Made by a program: the position numbers and the translations under genes. DNA of 62,609 bases, the filler included, from Platydemus manokwari (taxonomy: Eukaryota): the NCBI GenBank assembly GCA_037951405.1. It is 6 parts of 6 records of this genome, joined end to end, with 100 filler letters (N's around TTAATTAATTAA, not from the genome) between each part and the next. Parts side by side here need not be neighbours in the genome. Positions count along the whole stretch, not along the records: positions 31,506 to 42,160 come from JBBMOY011116552.1; positions 42,261 to 52,958 come from JBBMOY011112331.1; 4 more parts are not named here. One strand, 5' to 3'. Shown piece after piece: positions 37,201 to 50,461 of this stretch (position 1 is the first letter of the stretch; the number at the start of each line of letters is the position of its first letter). The notes below the pieces were generated by a model. That model saw nothing but the letters and a program-made list of their open reading frames with translations. It did not search any database and was not told where the DNA came from.

Positions 37201-38574
37201 TTAATCAATTTAATAATCTGTGCTGATACATTATAAAATGCATCAATTCTTGGCAAAAATTACTTGTTGAAAGCCAAGTTATAGATTGTGTTTTATGAAA
37301 TGCTTTATCGAGTTTTGGAGGCGTTGTTTCGTATTGATAAGTGCTTGTTCGTGAAATACAGATTGCAACCTTCGATTCTTTTGGAACGCAACACAAAGCA
37401 GAGATGGTAGATATTTCAAATTACTTTGCTCTCAATAAAAAGACAAAATTATACACGGAGAAAAATAACTGGAAAAACAATATAGACCAATAAAGTTAAA
37501 AACAAAGACAATTGGTCTGTAAAGGCGAAACGCTCATTCTGACACACAAAAAATGAGGAATGAAACTAAGACACTAAAATGTCCCTAACATAAGTATTTC
37601 AGTACAAAAATCGATTAGCTAAATTTTGATTAAAATTTTAAAGGAAAAAGATTACGGAATAGTTTTAGCTTAAAATGAAAGCTCCACTTGTTCACAGAAT
37701 TATCGTCATAATACGGAAAATATTATTATTGATTTCCAGTAATTTCATCACCAAATGTTGTGTTGTGTTTTGGGATTGCCTTGGTTAATTTTATTATCAG
37801 TCTCTGCATTTTACAATCTATTGTGGATCAATGCTGACTTGATCAGTCTGTGTGAGCTCTGACCAACCCCTTCAGGTATACATAATCAAACCTTGACTTA
37901 TGGTCTTCTTTCTTCACCTCGCTATCAACACTATATGGAGATAGTATGATAGGCAACAATGGTCCAATCGATTTATTTTATAACTATCAGTCTTAAACAA
38001 TTTACACAATTTAATCAAAGTTAGTCTCAAATTATTAAAACAGTCTTATCCTATATCCTATCTGATCAACAACTTAACGAACTTTGGTTACAATAACATT
38101 TATTAACTACGAAATATACAATGAAATACAATTATACAACAAATGTTTTTGTTAAAACTATACAGCAAATATAAAAATGACCTAGATGGTGACACCTACA
38201 ATTTCTGGAAAGAAAACGGTTGCAAACTTCAACTCTAGAAGCCGAACCTTTACCTTTAAGATATTTTGACACACAGCTCTATAATATGACAATAACGAGA
38301 AATACGGTATATAATATTGATTATGATTTTACAGGTATGGTCTTTGGGTCTTCCAGCAAATGCCGGGCATATACAGGAACCATTGATCTTCTTGAGTGCA
38401 TCGAAGTTGAACGATGGTTCTTCGCCAATTGGTGTAATGTTAGGTAGCGATAGTAATGGCAATTAACAGCAAAAAATTATGTCGAAAAAATTGTGTCTAA
38501 TGGTGTGTCGATGTTGATTGAAATCACTGCCTTATATAATGATTATTATAAATATCTATATTTTGAACAGGTCT

Positions 38575-38729
38575 TTGCTCCAGAAAGCTAGGGTCATAAA
38601 AATACTCATTGATAAAAATAAAAATTAATACAGTGAAAATTAATACAAATTTAATACGTACTGTCATGCACACATTTTTCAATCTAAATCAATGGTTTTT
38701 AAGTAACTAGTTGGGCCAGAACCCCAACA
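38575..38729. repeat. Second copy of the solo-LTR-like repeat at 2514-2673
   Basis: Collinear shared blocks ending TAGTTGGGCCAGAACCCCAACA. Confidence 0.65.
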
Positions 38730-41700
38730 GTTGTATCAAACTCAGAACACATTAATATTTATAGTGATGCTACAATGTGAATTTAATTTCTTTCTGTGCA
38801 ACACATACTCATCACTGGTTGATTAATTTCCGTTTAGATTTCGTTCTTAAAATTCTGAGGTTAAAATATTCTCGTTCTATTTCCTTACTGGAGCTCGATT
38901 GGTGGGTGTCATCAGTGGTGAATGAAATAATGAAGCAAAGATAAAATGAATAATATAAAGTCTAATGCAAATGAATAATAGAGATTTAAAAAAATAATGA
39001 ATGACTATTAATGGAAATAAATAATATATGTATTCAAAAGTTAGGCAAATAGGAATCAAATAATATTATATATACCAAAAATTTGAATGATATTATTTAT
39101 AACACGCGCAGTCAGGTAACGGCTGAGTGAATAAATGCCAGTGAGGCCACGCATCGTAAAATATATAGCAAAGCTACTTTATCTCAAAGAAAAAATAAAA
39201 AAATACCACTCAGATGTATGTGTATGACATAAATATATAAACAAGATAATCATAATAAAAAAACTATTAAAACAAAGCATAGAACATGATTCGTATATAC
39301 GCTATTGAATATAAAATAAAATACAATAAACGAGTTGATTTCCAACTTAACGTTGGCTGGGACGATATAGCAAACACATGCTTATCAAAAGAGATATATA
39401 AGCACCACAGTATTCAATCAATCACAGCCATCAAAATAACTACTTGAATCTTCTTGCAGGAGCTCAGTAACCAGAATTTCGGTATGATAGATCTTTAATT
39501 TCGTTATCACTAGGAATAAATTCTTTAGATCAACTAACAGGCTCCAAAACCGAAGGTACTATTTCGTGGATTCGTTTGTAAATTCCGACTCTCCGTAAAC
39601 ACATTTTCTTAAGTTGGTCCCTGTATTCTATTTCATTTCTCAAACATATTTTTGATATTCACACCGGTTTTTGATTATCGGGAGAACTGTCTAATGTGTG
39701 ATTATCAATTTCAAATATATTTTAGTTACTCCTATTAGTGACTATTATATTATATTATCTTGAGAAACAAACCTTTACTTAACTTAGTTGTGATAGACTT
39801 AACATTGCCATATTCTTATAATTTTTCAGTCTCATCTTTATTTACGTCAATAAAGCTTTTTCATAGGATTTAAGTTGTGAAGTTTGAATATATTATATGA
39901 TACTATGTCTGGTGGTAGTGAGAGAGTAAAAATTAGAGATGATAAGGTTTAGTTTGATTAATTGAGTCACTATATTCTGGGTCGACGTGTTGGGGTTCAA
40001 TAATCTATAATATTTAAGTGTTGTGCATTATCTAGTTTTTTATTTCCCTGTTATATATTTCATCAAGCCTTATTATTATCATCATAATTATTCCAAAATC
40101 TAAGAACAGAATCAAATCGAATCGAGGATTGTTTAAAATTTAATTCACTCTTGGCAAAACCTCAACAGCATCATTATAATCAATAATTGATGATATCATG
40201 ATAACGCGTGAATGATAACGTGGACGATATCGCAAGCCAGATTCGCTCACAAATCAAAAATTGTAATTGCTCATCAAAACAATTCTCTCACAGTTTCATC
40301 AAATAACAGCACCTTCTTTGTTCTCAAACAATCATTCAATTGTGGCCGTACTGTGTCTAAGTGATAATAAATTATTATCCATTATTAACGGTTGTAAATA
40401 ATTCAGTCGATTTTCTGTAACACCAAGCTTTGACCAGTCAATTAAGTCGATTCGTCATAAATTATCTTTAATTATGGCATGGTAGATGTTTTGCAAATAA
40501 ATAAACGAATGGAAATATTACCAAATGTGAAAATATCGATTTCTTGGACTTGCTCTATCAAATGTATTCTCTAAATCAGTATCTATCAGAAAAATTTCAG
40601 ATAATATTAGATTATTGATAACGAATGTTTTAATAAATTGCAATCTAGATAAATTTTTATCTGGAATTGTGCTACGAAATTCGAGAATTTCTTAGATATT
40701 CGAGTGATAATTAAATCGATTAATAGATACTGGCTTAAACTGTTGAAATAATAGAAATCTTTGACTGATTTGCAGCCACTGAGATCTGTAACGATTCCAA
40801 ATAAATATCAGGTGATCATGAAAATTTGGTCGATATTGATTGAATGATAACAGATATAATATGATTTGTGCTTTCATAAATTGATATTCATATTACGCTG
40901 AATTATGATTTGCTGTGTATTTGGAGAATATACGATACTATTTAGAACCATTTATAGGAATATAGTAAAACGACCTATTACAGATTCAGAAACAATAATG
41001 CATCCAATATAAAACCACCGTTAATAGGAAACCGATAATATAAAATTACTAACTATATTAACTTTGGAAAAATTAAACTGTACAACTCACCAACGTTTGA
41101 CAACCGATTGGCTGATCATGGATTATTAATATGACCTGGATCAATTTTTTACAATTTGTAAGAACATCAATATAATAATCATAAATAATATCATTAATTT
41201 TGATCAAGAATTTTCACCACCAAGAAATATATTTACTGTTGAATTCCTTTAAAAGGAAAAAAAGATTTTCACATTTAAAGTGCCAATAATTGCAGAAGAT
41301 ACCAGGTGACATTTAAAAGTCACATAAAAGAGATTGTGGCTGGCACTACGGCCAGCCAAGTCACGTTAAAGACGGTTGAATTTAATCAAAAAAGAGCAGA
41401 TCACAAGAACACAAATTAATTTGAAAGAAGAAAAAAATCAGAAAAAATTGGATTTTCAAAATAGTTGATATCAAATTTAATAGCAACCCATTTATTTTAG
41501 AAATCATGTTAAGCTGATGTTCCAAAAATCATGGTCTGCATAGAGGAAAAAAATTAGTAATTCACAACTTAAGATGTAAGCTTGCGAAAACAAGTTATCT
41601 ACACTTTTCAAGAAATAGCTTTATCAATTGCTTCTCTAGTTTGAACTAGATTCAACACCATTCACCCGGAGGCTAGTACTTTTCTGAGATATCTTATAAC

Positions 41701-42160
41701 TGATTCATTGTTACATCTATATTTAACTATGGATGCATGCTTAATGAAGCTTAGTTGTTTTCATTCTTACTGATTTATGCAGTCAACTTAAAATTTAAAA
41801 GGAGTCAGATAATTGGTAGGAACATTAACTTAGTCTAATTAAAAATGATCGTAAACAGAACTTGTAATCCAATACCACTTATGAAAAAGGAACTGTGATG
41901 TCAACGTGGATGACGATTTCTAAATCGAACGTAATGATAACTTAGAACACATGCTGACTGGAATTTCAAACATCTGACTCATGTTAGTATTAGCTGCTTC
42001 ACTTAAAAGTGAAGATTCGACGGAAGAATTCATTTATACGATTTTCTTAACTAATTTAGTAAAACAAATAAATCAAATATTTTTTAAAAAAATTTCCAGA
42101 GATTCTTTAATGCTATCGAATTGGTTGGGTCTTTGGGGTTTGGTGTATGTTATTAGTTAA

Positions 42161-42260
42161 NNNNNNNNNNNNNNNNNNNNNNNNNNNNNNNNNNNNNNNN
42201 NNNNTTAATTAATTAANNNNNNNNNNNNNNNNNNNNNNNNNNNNNNNNNNNNNNNNNNNN
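42161..42260. other. Artificial contig-joining spacer
   Basis: 44N-TTAATTAATTAA-44N. Confidence 0.97.
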
Positions 42261-42619
42261 ATTTCATAGAAAATGAATTAATTAAAAAATATTAATTAAT
42301 TTTGATTGAATTTTGATTAATTAAAAATTAATTTATTAAAAAAATAATTTTTAATTATAAATACTTCTAAATTATTTAATAAAATAATAAAAATATATAA
42401 ATGAAGTATTTTGATTTAGTTTTTTATTAATTTTATCGAAAATAAATTAAAAGAATTAATTAAAAAAATATTTATTGATTTTGAATAAATCAATCAATTG
42501 GAAAATCGATATATTATTCAATCAATATAAACTGTGAATCAAACAATTTTAAATCAATAATTTTAATTAACTGGATTAATTGAATTAATCTCCCCTGCAA
42601 TACAAATCAATATTCTCAC

Positions 42620-43515
42620 TTTATGAAGCATAATTGCAAGAAATACAATTATTTCTAAATGCAAATGTGACATACTAGAAGCAGCTCCAAGAGCAATTCC
42701 ATCAGCTGAATAAAATTGAATCGTTCAAAACACTTGATGATAAATATTCAATTTACAAACCGGCTGAATGAATCATTAAGCCAATAGTTGCTGGTATACT
42801 CTTAGATCGTTTTCTCAATTCGTTGCTTTCCATGTCCATCGATCGATTTTGACTAAAAGCTGTTGAGATATGGTCGACGACCAACATGAAGATGAATCCC
42901 GATACAAGTATGATTCCAATTTTCTGGTGAATGTTCTCATTCACTGAATGTGAATGATTATTGTGATTGTGTTTTGAATTGCTTTTCAATTCCTTTTCAA
43001 AATGACCATGAATTGGAACAAGTTTAGCATCCTAAAAAATTTTAAGTTAATTAATTTTAAGTTAAGATAAAATTAACTGACTCCATCTTTTCCCAATTTC
43101 AAATTATCTGCCACTGAATCCATGTTTATACCGTTCTGAAGATAATGAAATTATAAATCTCATGAATGTTAATAGTTCTTATTTGTGAAAAGTGTTATTA
43201 CTTTATATAAAAGTTTTCTATCTGCTTTAATTTCTTCGCCTTTATTAGGCAAAGACTTATACTCTTTAGAATTAAAATTAGTGGAATACATTGCATGAAT
43301 ACCTTCGGGTATTATAACCGTTAATGCTGTACCAAGAAGCAATCCAGCCCCAAAAATAGTAACAAGTCGAAATTTTGTCTAAAATAAGTAATTAATAAAC
43401 TAATAACAATATTAATTATAATATTAACGGTGGAAAAACTAAATGCTAATGGAATAGACCCAGCTAAATAGCATCCAATTAACATAGAACCACTAAATAG
43501 CAATAAGCTAATCAT
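42620..43515 (-). CDS. slc39a9: Zinc transporter ZIP9, 5' part (exons 43515-43429, 43378-43202, 43135-43082, 43031-42761, 42705-42620); 3' exons missing beyond the contig end
   Basis: [39 protein letters not shown], His-rich loop, [29 protein letters not shown] and VFLAIMLHK are ZIP9 signatures. Four short GT-AG introns in phase. Confidence 0.95.
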
Positions 43516-46500
43516 CGCATAAAAATTTGAAAAGTTTATGTTTACAATATTATTTTGAAACAAAGAATTTGTTAATATTGTATATTTTGCTTATAATAAT
43601 ACTTTTTATATTACGCTTTTCAAGATTTAATTAATTATTTTAACATCTATAATTAACTAAACTAAATAAAATTGCTTAAATTTTCAATTGTAAAACTATA
43701 ATTCAAAATCGTTTTGAAGATCTAATTAAACATGGTTAATTTTCGTCAGATAATAGTTCATTAATATATAATAAATATTAAAACTTCCCAATCTATAGTA
43801 ACATTAAAAATAAAAATATTGTTTCAATCTAATTTGTTCGATAGAATACAATTTGAAATGACTTTCAATATGTCTAAGCGATTCTTTCATGTGAATTGTT
43901 TCAAAAAATTATTTTTTTTAATTTTTATTACTTTCTTTTACTTTATTAATAGTTTCTTAACATTTTTTTTGGAAAATGTTTCTAAGAAAGTCATTTATTT
44001 TTTAAATAAATGCAATAAATATCAAAGATTAAATAATAATGACGTTGTGTATGTAAGATTTAAATATAAATAGGGATCCTAAGCACCTTGAAATATATTT
44101 TACATACATATATTTATAAATATAAACATATATATGTATACACAGTCATACAGATACGATAACTAACTAATCATAATTAGTAATGAAAGAAGATTTAAAT
44201 TTGTGACCAAGCAATACGTCTACAAGAATTAAATAATTCAAGTCGTTATAAAATGATAAATACAATTAGCATCTTGGAAATCAGAACATCGTATAGAATT
44301 ATAGTACGAGTAACACACACATTTTGGCTATCATCGGGGGGTCCCGACACTGAAAGTGAGATAAGCATGATATTCTGGGTTGAAAAGTACAAAAAATAGG
44401 CTTCACTTACAAAAGACCAATAGATAATGAAGAAACAGAAATAGTAACAAAATGGAAGAAATGCTAAAAAGGAACCGCACTAAGGAGCTTGAAAACTATG
44501 AAAAAGATGGATATGGACAAACAAATTGTCAGTGATAATAGAAGTCTTAAAAGAAATGTAAGAATAAGGGTCGAATCTAGGAGAGGATAGAGCTAGTTAA
44601 AGAAATTGAAGGAATTCGATGATATATATGAAAGTATAGTACCTGTCAGGGTTTGTCGATTCGGCCAATATCTGACTGTTAACAGTGTCTAAACGTATGT
44701 AGCGTGTATAAATTGGACTTAGATAGAAGTATAATAAAATAATCAAAGACAAGTAATGTTTATTTGTTCAATTTGAGTTAAACAACTAATTACTCTGAAC
44801 AACAATACAATAATAACAATTATACAAGATGATTTTAATTTTTGCTGATATTATTACTGTGGGGTCGACATGTCTTGAAAACAATTAAAAACCAGTGTTG
44901 GGAAAATTTACTATTTAACTCTGGTGAAAAACAGGTCTGCGGAAAGATGTCAAATGCTCTTAAAAAACTTTGAGGTGATGAATTTATGATTTAATAATTT
45001 CGTTTCGGGTAATATTAATTATAATAAATAATAATAAACAAAATTTCCTGTTATTGCCAAAATTATTTCTGCGATTTTCTGTATTTTGTGTTCCATTATG
45101 TGTTCATTTTTGTTTCTGATTAGTAGTTTATTATTTTAATTCATTTTCACTCGTTAGTTGTCGTGACTGCAATGTTTATTGCGGTGTTTATGTTTTTAAA
45201 GGTAAAATTGAATTATTAATAACAGTGATATATTGCATCAATTAATCTTGTCTTGCATAGATTTTATGATTAGTTTTCATTAAAATTGAACATTTCAAAA
45301 ATTGATTTCAAGATTATTATTTTAAGATTTTTATTATTGAACACTAATTTGTTGTGCCATTGATTATTAAATGATGTGGAACACATTTTGTAGCTTTTCA
45401 AGTATTGTTTTTCAAAATTTTTGATCTTATGATATTGCGGATTGCTTTTCAATGTGAAACAAATGTGCTGTTTCTCAGACAGATATGTTTTCATTAATAT
45501 CTCGTATTATTCTGCATATTATGTGTTGTTTCTTACAGGAGGAAAAAGTGGTTGAACAAGTAGTCCATGAATGCAGATTCAATATGTTACAAAAATAAGT
45601 CTCGAACAATTGGATAATCAACATGGATACATAGATCAATACAAAGAATAAAAAATTTAGCAAGGGCTAACAATAAACAAATGGAAATTTAATTATTCTT
45701 GATTATTGATTTTCCATCATTATACTATGAATATTGACAAACTTCCCCATTCATTTAAATGTTCATATATAGTTGATAATTGTGTATTTTTATAATATTT
45801 TGTTCTATGTTTCAGCATTTTATATTAAAGAAGAGTTAGACAATAACAATATAGATAAATCAATATGTTGAGAGAATTAAAACAAGACCGAATTATGAAA
45901 ATTCCGAAGAGTTTAGAATGAGCAGACTGGTACGCGGTTCCGATAGCAAAACAAATTGGATGAAAAGGCATCTATGTCGGATAGTTCTTATGAATGGAGA
46001 AAGAATGGTGAAACAAAATTCGAAAAAATGCAAAGAAATATGGACAAATAGAGAAAGAGTTATATAGAGAAATTGGCTCATGACACATGTCAACAGTGAG
46101 GCCAGTCAAAAAGGCTGAAATAGATAAAAAATTCATTCTTGTGTTCAGGACAAGACTACTTTACGTGTTTATTGATTTGTAGCTTAAGTTAAATCGTCTG
46201 TAAACTGAATTTCTGATTAAATAAATATTTATAAATAATTCTAAGATGAGGCTGGAAATCTTTATATTTAATTCACAAAGTACGCTACAAAATAACATTT
46301 TACATCAATTTCTGGCCCCTCCTTGCCACTTAATATACTTCAGATTAAACGGTGTTTGTTGTTGAGAGTCAACTTTCTATTTCAAGTAATTTCTTATGAT
46401 TCTCTTTCCAGGGCAGATTCAATATTTTGGATGCGAAAAATCTATCTGAAAAAACAAGTTTACGTAACAAAAAATAATAATTTTCATAAAGGAATTAAAT

Positions 46501-48299
46501 CATTTGAATCATAAAATAATTGTGCACAGTAAAAAAAATTGATCAAAGATTAGAAACCAGAATAGTTAGCAGTGAGACGTTCATATATAACTATAAAGAT
46601 ATCACTACAATTGACTGATTACATGTTTATCACGACCTATGTATTGAATTACGAATCCTCTTTTAAAAATCTCCCGTTAGGGACTTAGATAATAGTAATC
46701 TTTAAGATTTGATCCGAACTGTTATGATTAGTCCAGAAATCTATTTTGAGAAGAGGTAACTTTGTTATTTATAATTAGAATTGGGTTGTGGTAGTAATTG
46801 ATTTATTATATCTACGAGATATATTATAGCCAAACTTGAAGTAATTGTTTCTGTGTTTAAAAATCAACAATCATACTATTTATTAATGAAGTTTATTCTT
46901 GGTCGTGAGTTTTGATTATTTTATCTGGCTCTAATGAGGGCTTCAATAGCTCTTATGGAGACGAAGCTATCGAAATAAGATTATGTGAATGTTTTTAATG
47001 ATGAACCCAAAAATATATTAACTGTGGCAACAAGGATTTACCATTTCCCGTCGCAACCAGTGATAACCTATAATATAAATGTGTTAAGTTTTATTACCTG
47101 ATACCTATGACAACACAATTGATAATAAATATTTATTTGGGAAATCGAAGAACAAGGTTACACAAAAAGTAACAAAACAAGTTTAGCAAAATGTGTAGTA
47201 CACTGCTCAAGCAGATAACTACATGATACATAAAATACCAGGTACTGGAATGAGATTAGGAGGAGCGACAACAATTACACAGTTAGCAAGATTTATTTAA
47301 ATTACTTAATAGTTGCTTTAACAAAGCAATAAAATGAAAAATAAAATAAACCTAAGCTTACAAAAATCTCGTATTTGTCGAAGAACAATAAAAAAGCAAT
47401 AGTCGCAGTCGAAGATCGTCTTCTTATTGTGTGTTAGTGTGAGTGGATGAATGGTTAATTTATCGTGTTCTTATATAGTATTTTTGTTGGAGCCAATTTT
47501 ATGATTGGCGCCATTTTATTCTTTGTTAATAAAAATTATACTGGATAATTGTACGGATAATGGTCGTTACTAGATTTATTTTCCTTTGTTATGTGCCTTT
47601 TACTGATCAGATAAAATCAGATATAATGGAATATTTTTCTGTTACTATTTTTATTTCCTTTGTTGTTTTGATCTGGTTTCTTTCTTTCAGATCAGATAAA
47701 ACTAAATATTTTATTCTATCTTCATAAATTGTACTATTGTTATTACTGCGGTTATTATTATTATTATTATCAATATAATTACTATTATTATTTTATTATT
47801 ATTTCTATTATTATCATTGTTATTATATTTTTATTATTCATCATAATTTATTATTCTTATTCTTTCTTTCTTCTATTAATATCTTTTATGTTGTTGTGAC
47901 CGTCCGATTGCTATATTCTATTTCTTATTATTCGTTATTATTGCTATTGTGATTTTGCTCCACTTGCTTATTATTTAATTCTTAATTAACACTGCTTAAA
48001 CTCATGTCACTCTCCATAACCTCCGTATTCCGGTTTACAATGCAAAAGAATCAAGATATTCTTTCAAAGTAACTATTGATCATGCAATAATTGAAAAAGA
48101 TTTAATAACATATAGAAATAAAGCGAATACAGATATATCGAAAGCAAGTAAAATATCAATATAATATCAATGTCGAATTATCAAAAGCAGATAAAATATT
48201 GATGTTTATTGTCGCATTAAGCTTGGGATATCATTAATGTATACTTTTCACTTTAAGCTTAGGACATTGGCGCTTGATTGATTGATGTTCAGTCTAGAC

Positions 48300-48850
48300 T
48301 TAATTGATCGAGATTGAGGTTGGGTTATAGAGTTCAGGTTTGGGAGCTGATTATGAGCATACAAGTTTAACTGCAAGGATGTATTGCTGATAGCGGTTGA
48401 TTGATTGAGGTTGAGGTTAAGTTTGGGAGAGTTGGATTCATTGATTGTGATGGTACAGTTTCATTATAAGAATGTTGTTGAGTTTGAGAATTGTATTGTT
48501 GTATTAAGTAGAGTGTAGAAAACTTGTGGTGATTGGTTGGTTTAATCTGTGGTGATTGGTTTAATTCGACTGTAACTTTAGTAGGAATATAGGAATTGGT
48601 TTGATTTGTTGATTATGAATGTACAGTTTGATTGTAAGAGTATTGTTAATTGATTGTAATGGGTTTCATTATGATTTGATTAGTTGACAAGTGGGAGTTT
48701 GATAAATGGGATTTCGATTTTAAGTTTTGATTTGGAGTTTTGATGAATTTTTAGCGATTTGTGGTAATAGAGTAGGAGTGTGTGTTGAAGTAAGAATATG
48801 GAATTCGTGATAGTAGAGTAGGAATGTGTGTTAGAGTAAGAATATGGAGT
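48300..48850. repeat. Degenerate G/T-skewed internal repeat region, probably retroelement-derived
   Basis: Direct repeat with 46-bp period at 48768 and 48814 (TAGAGTAGGA.TGTGTGTT..AGTAAGAATATGGA), duplicated TGTGGTGATTGGTT, and recurring GATTGAGGTTG, GTTTGGGAG and TACAGTTT blocks. Confidence 0.6.
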
Positions 48851-50461
48851 GTATCCTGAACATTTTTGTTTGTTGGATTGCGTAGGATGTTTTTTCTGCT
48901 TGTGTCCAACTCAACAGCATTAATTCTTTATAAGTTTTTAATAGAGGATACAATAAACAACACGTACAAGTAAAAACTTTTATTTAATTATAATAAACAC
49001 AAAATAACAAGTTGGCTCACACAATTTAACTCATACATTATGTTATTTAAACAAACCGGTGCAATTATTTCACCGTGAGCGTGATAACTTAGCTTGATTC
49101 CTTAATATTTTAATAAAGAGTTTAGAAAGTATAGTCCAAAGGCGAATCCTTTAGAGTGGTTCAGATTACAATTAGTTTGACAAATAACCAGGCAATAATT
49201 TGGAAAGTTTACGCTTAATTATTTAATTTTACTGACTCCACGCAGATAGAGTGATAAAAATTTTCTTGGTCTCGTATGGGCAATCCTGTAAGAGCGCTTG
49301 ATTAAGATTTTATTGGAGGTTAGGCCTACTTGGCACCATAACCCCGTGGACAATGTTTATTTGTTTTAGAGAAAATTACTTATGGTTGAACTGGGTTCAA
49401 TCTAGAATTTTTATGTTACGGCTGCAAAAAAACTACCTGATTAAAATTAATTTAGAATAATTTTACAATACAATGATAATCAAATTGTACCAGTACAACG
49501 GAGTTTGTTGTCAGCTTTTAATTGTTAATAAAAGTTTATTAATTAGATTAAGACCAAATGTAAACTATTATATTAATGAGAGGTATTCAAATTAATGATA
49601 CCTTAACGATATGAATAAAAGAATTACTTCAAATTTACGATAAATTTTAATAAATTCTTACGTTTCCTGATAGTGAATTAAGGAAAGATCAGTGGTCCGG
49701 ATGAAGAACCGTGAGAGAGAGTTGGTTTTTCCATCCGCACCCAACGTCTTTATGCCCAAATAAATAATTTATTAACCATGCTACATCTTAATCAAATTCT
49801 TTAAAAAATAATAACATTTGAAAGCATAATCTTAATATTAAAAAAAATAATTTAAAGGAAATATTTTTTAAATAGTTTCAAAATTAATTAATATAATTTA
49901 ATTCATTTTATAAAAATTTGTAACTAGAATTTAAAAAAATTAAATCTGTTGAACTTTAAGATTAATTTTTACAGATTAGTAGAATGTATTTTAAATAAAA
50001 AATATATCACGCAAATAATGCTTTCGATTATTGAAAGCATCTTGACACAATATTATATATAAGAATTAAAATGACTGATATAAAATCATCTAAACAAATA
50101 TTCTGGTACATTTTCTAAACTAACTTTCAGTAACACAACGAAAAATTTTTATATGATGATTATGTAATATGAATGCACAATGTTCTCAGCTACTGATCAT
50201 TTGATTGTTTAATTCTTCTGCTTTTAAGTTTAAAATTTAGCTTATTAGTAAAAAGGTTTTAAAATTTTTAAAATTTTAAATTCTGTAAGATTTTAAATTA
50301 TTTTTTAAGTCAATAATTCTATTAATTTATAATGCATTATAACAATTTTAAAATTGAAAATGAAATACATTGACACAACTAATTTGTTTTAATATTCTAT
50401 TCTGTAAATAATTTTGAAAAACTATTTTTTAGTAATATATATATTTTTAATTAAAAGTTTT

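Noticed and set aside
46300-46531. Tc1-like end and transposase fragments on the minus strand (NRKLTLNNKHRLI, IKWQGGARN*)
   Set aside because: Too short and degenerate, and no partner TIR found.
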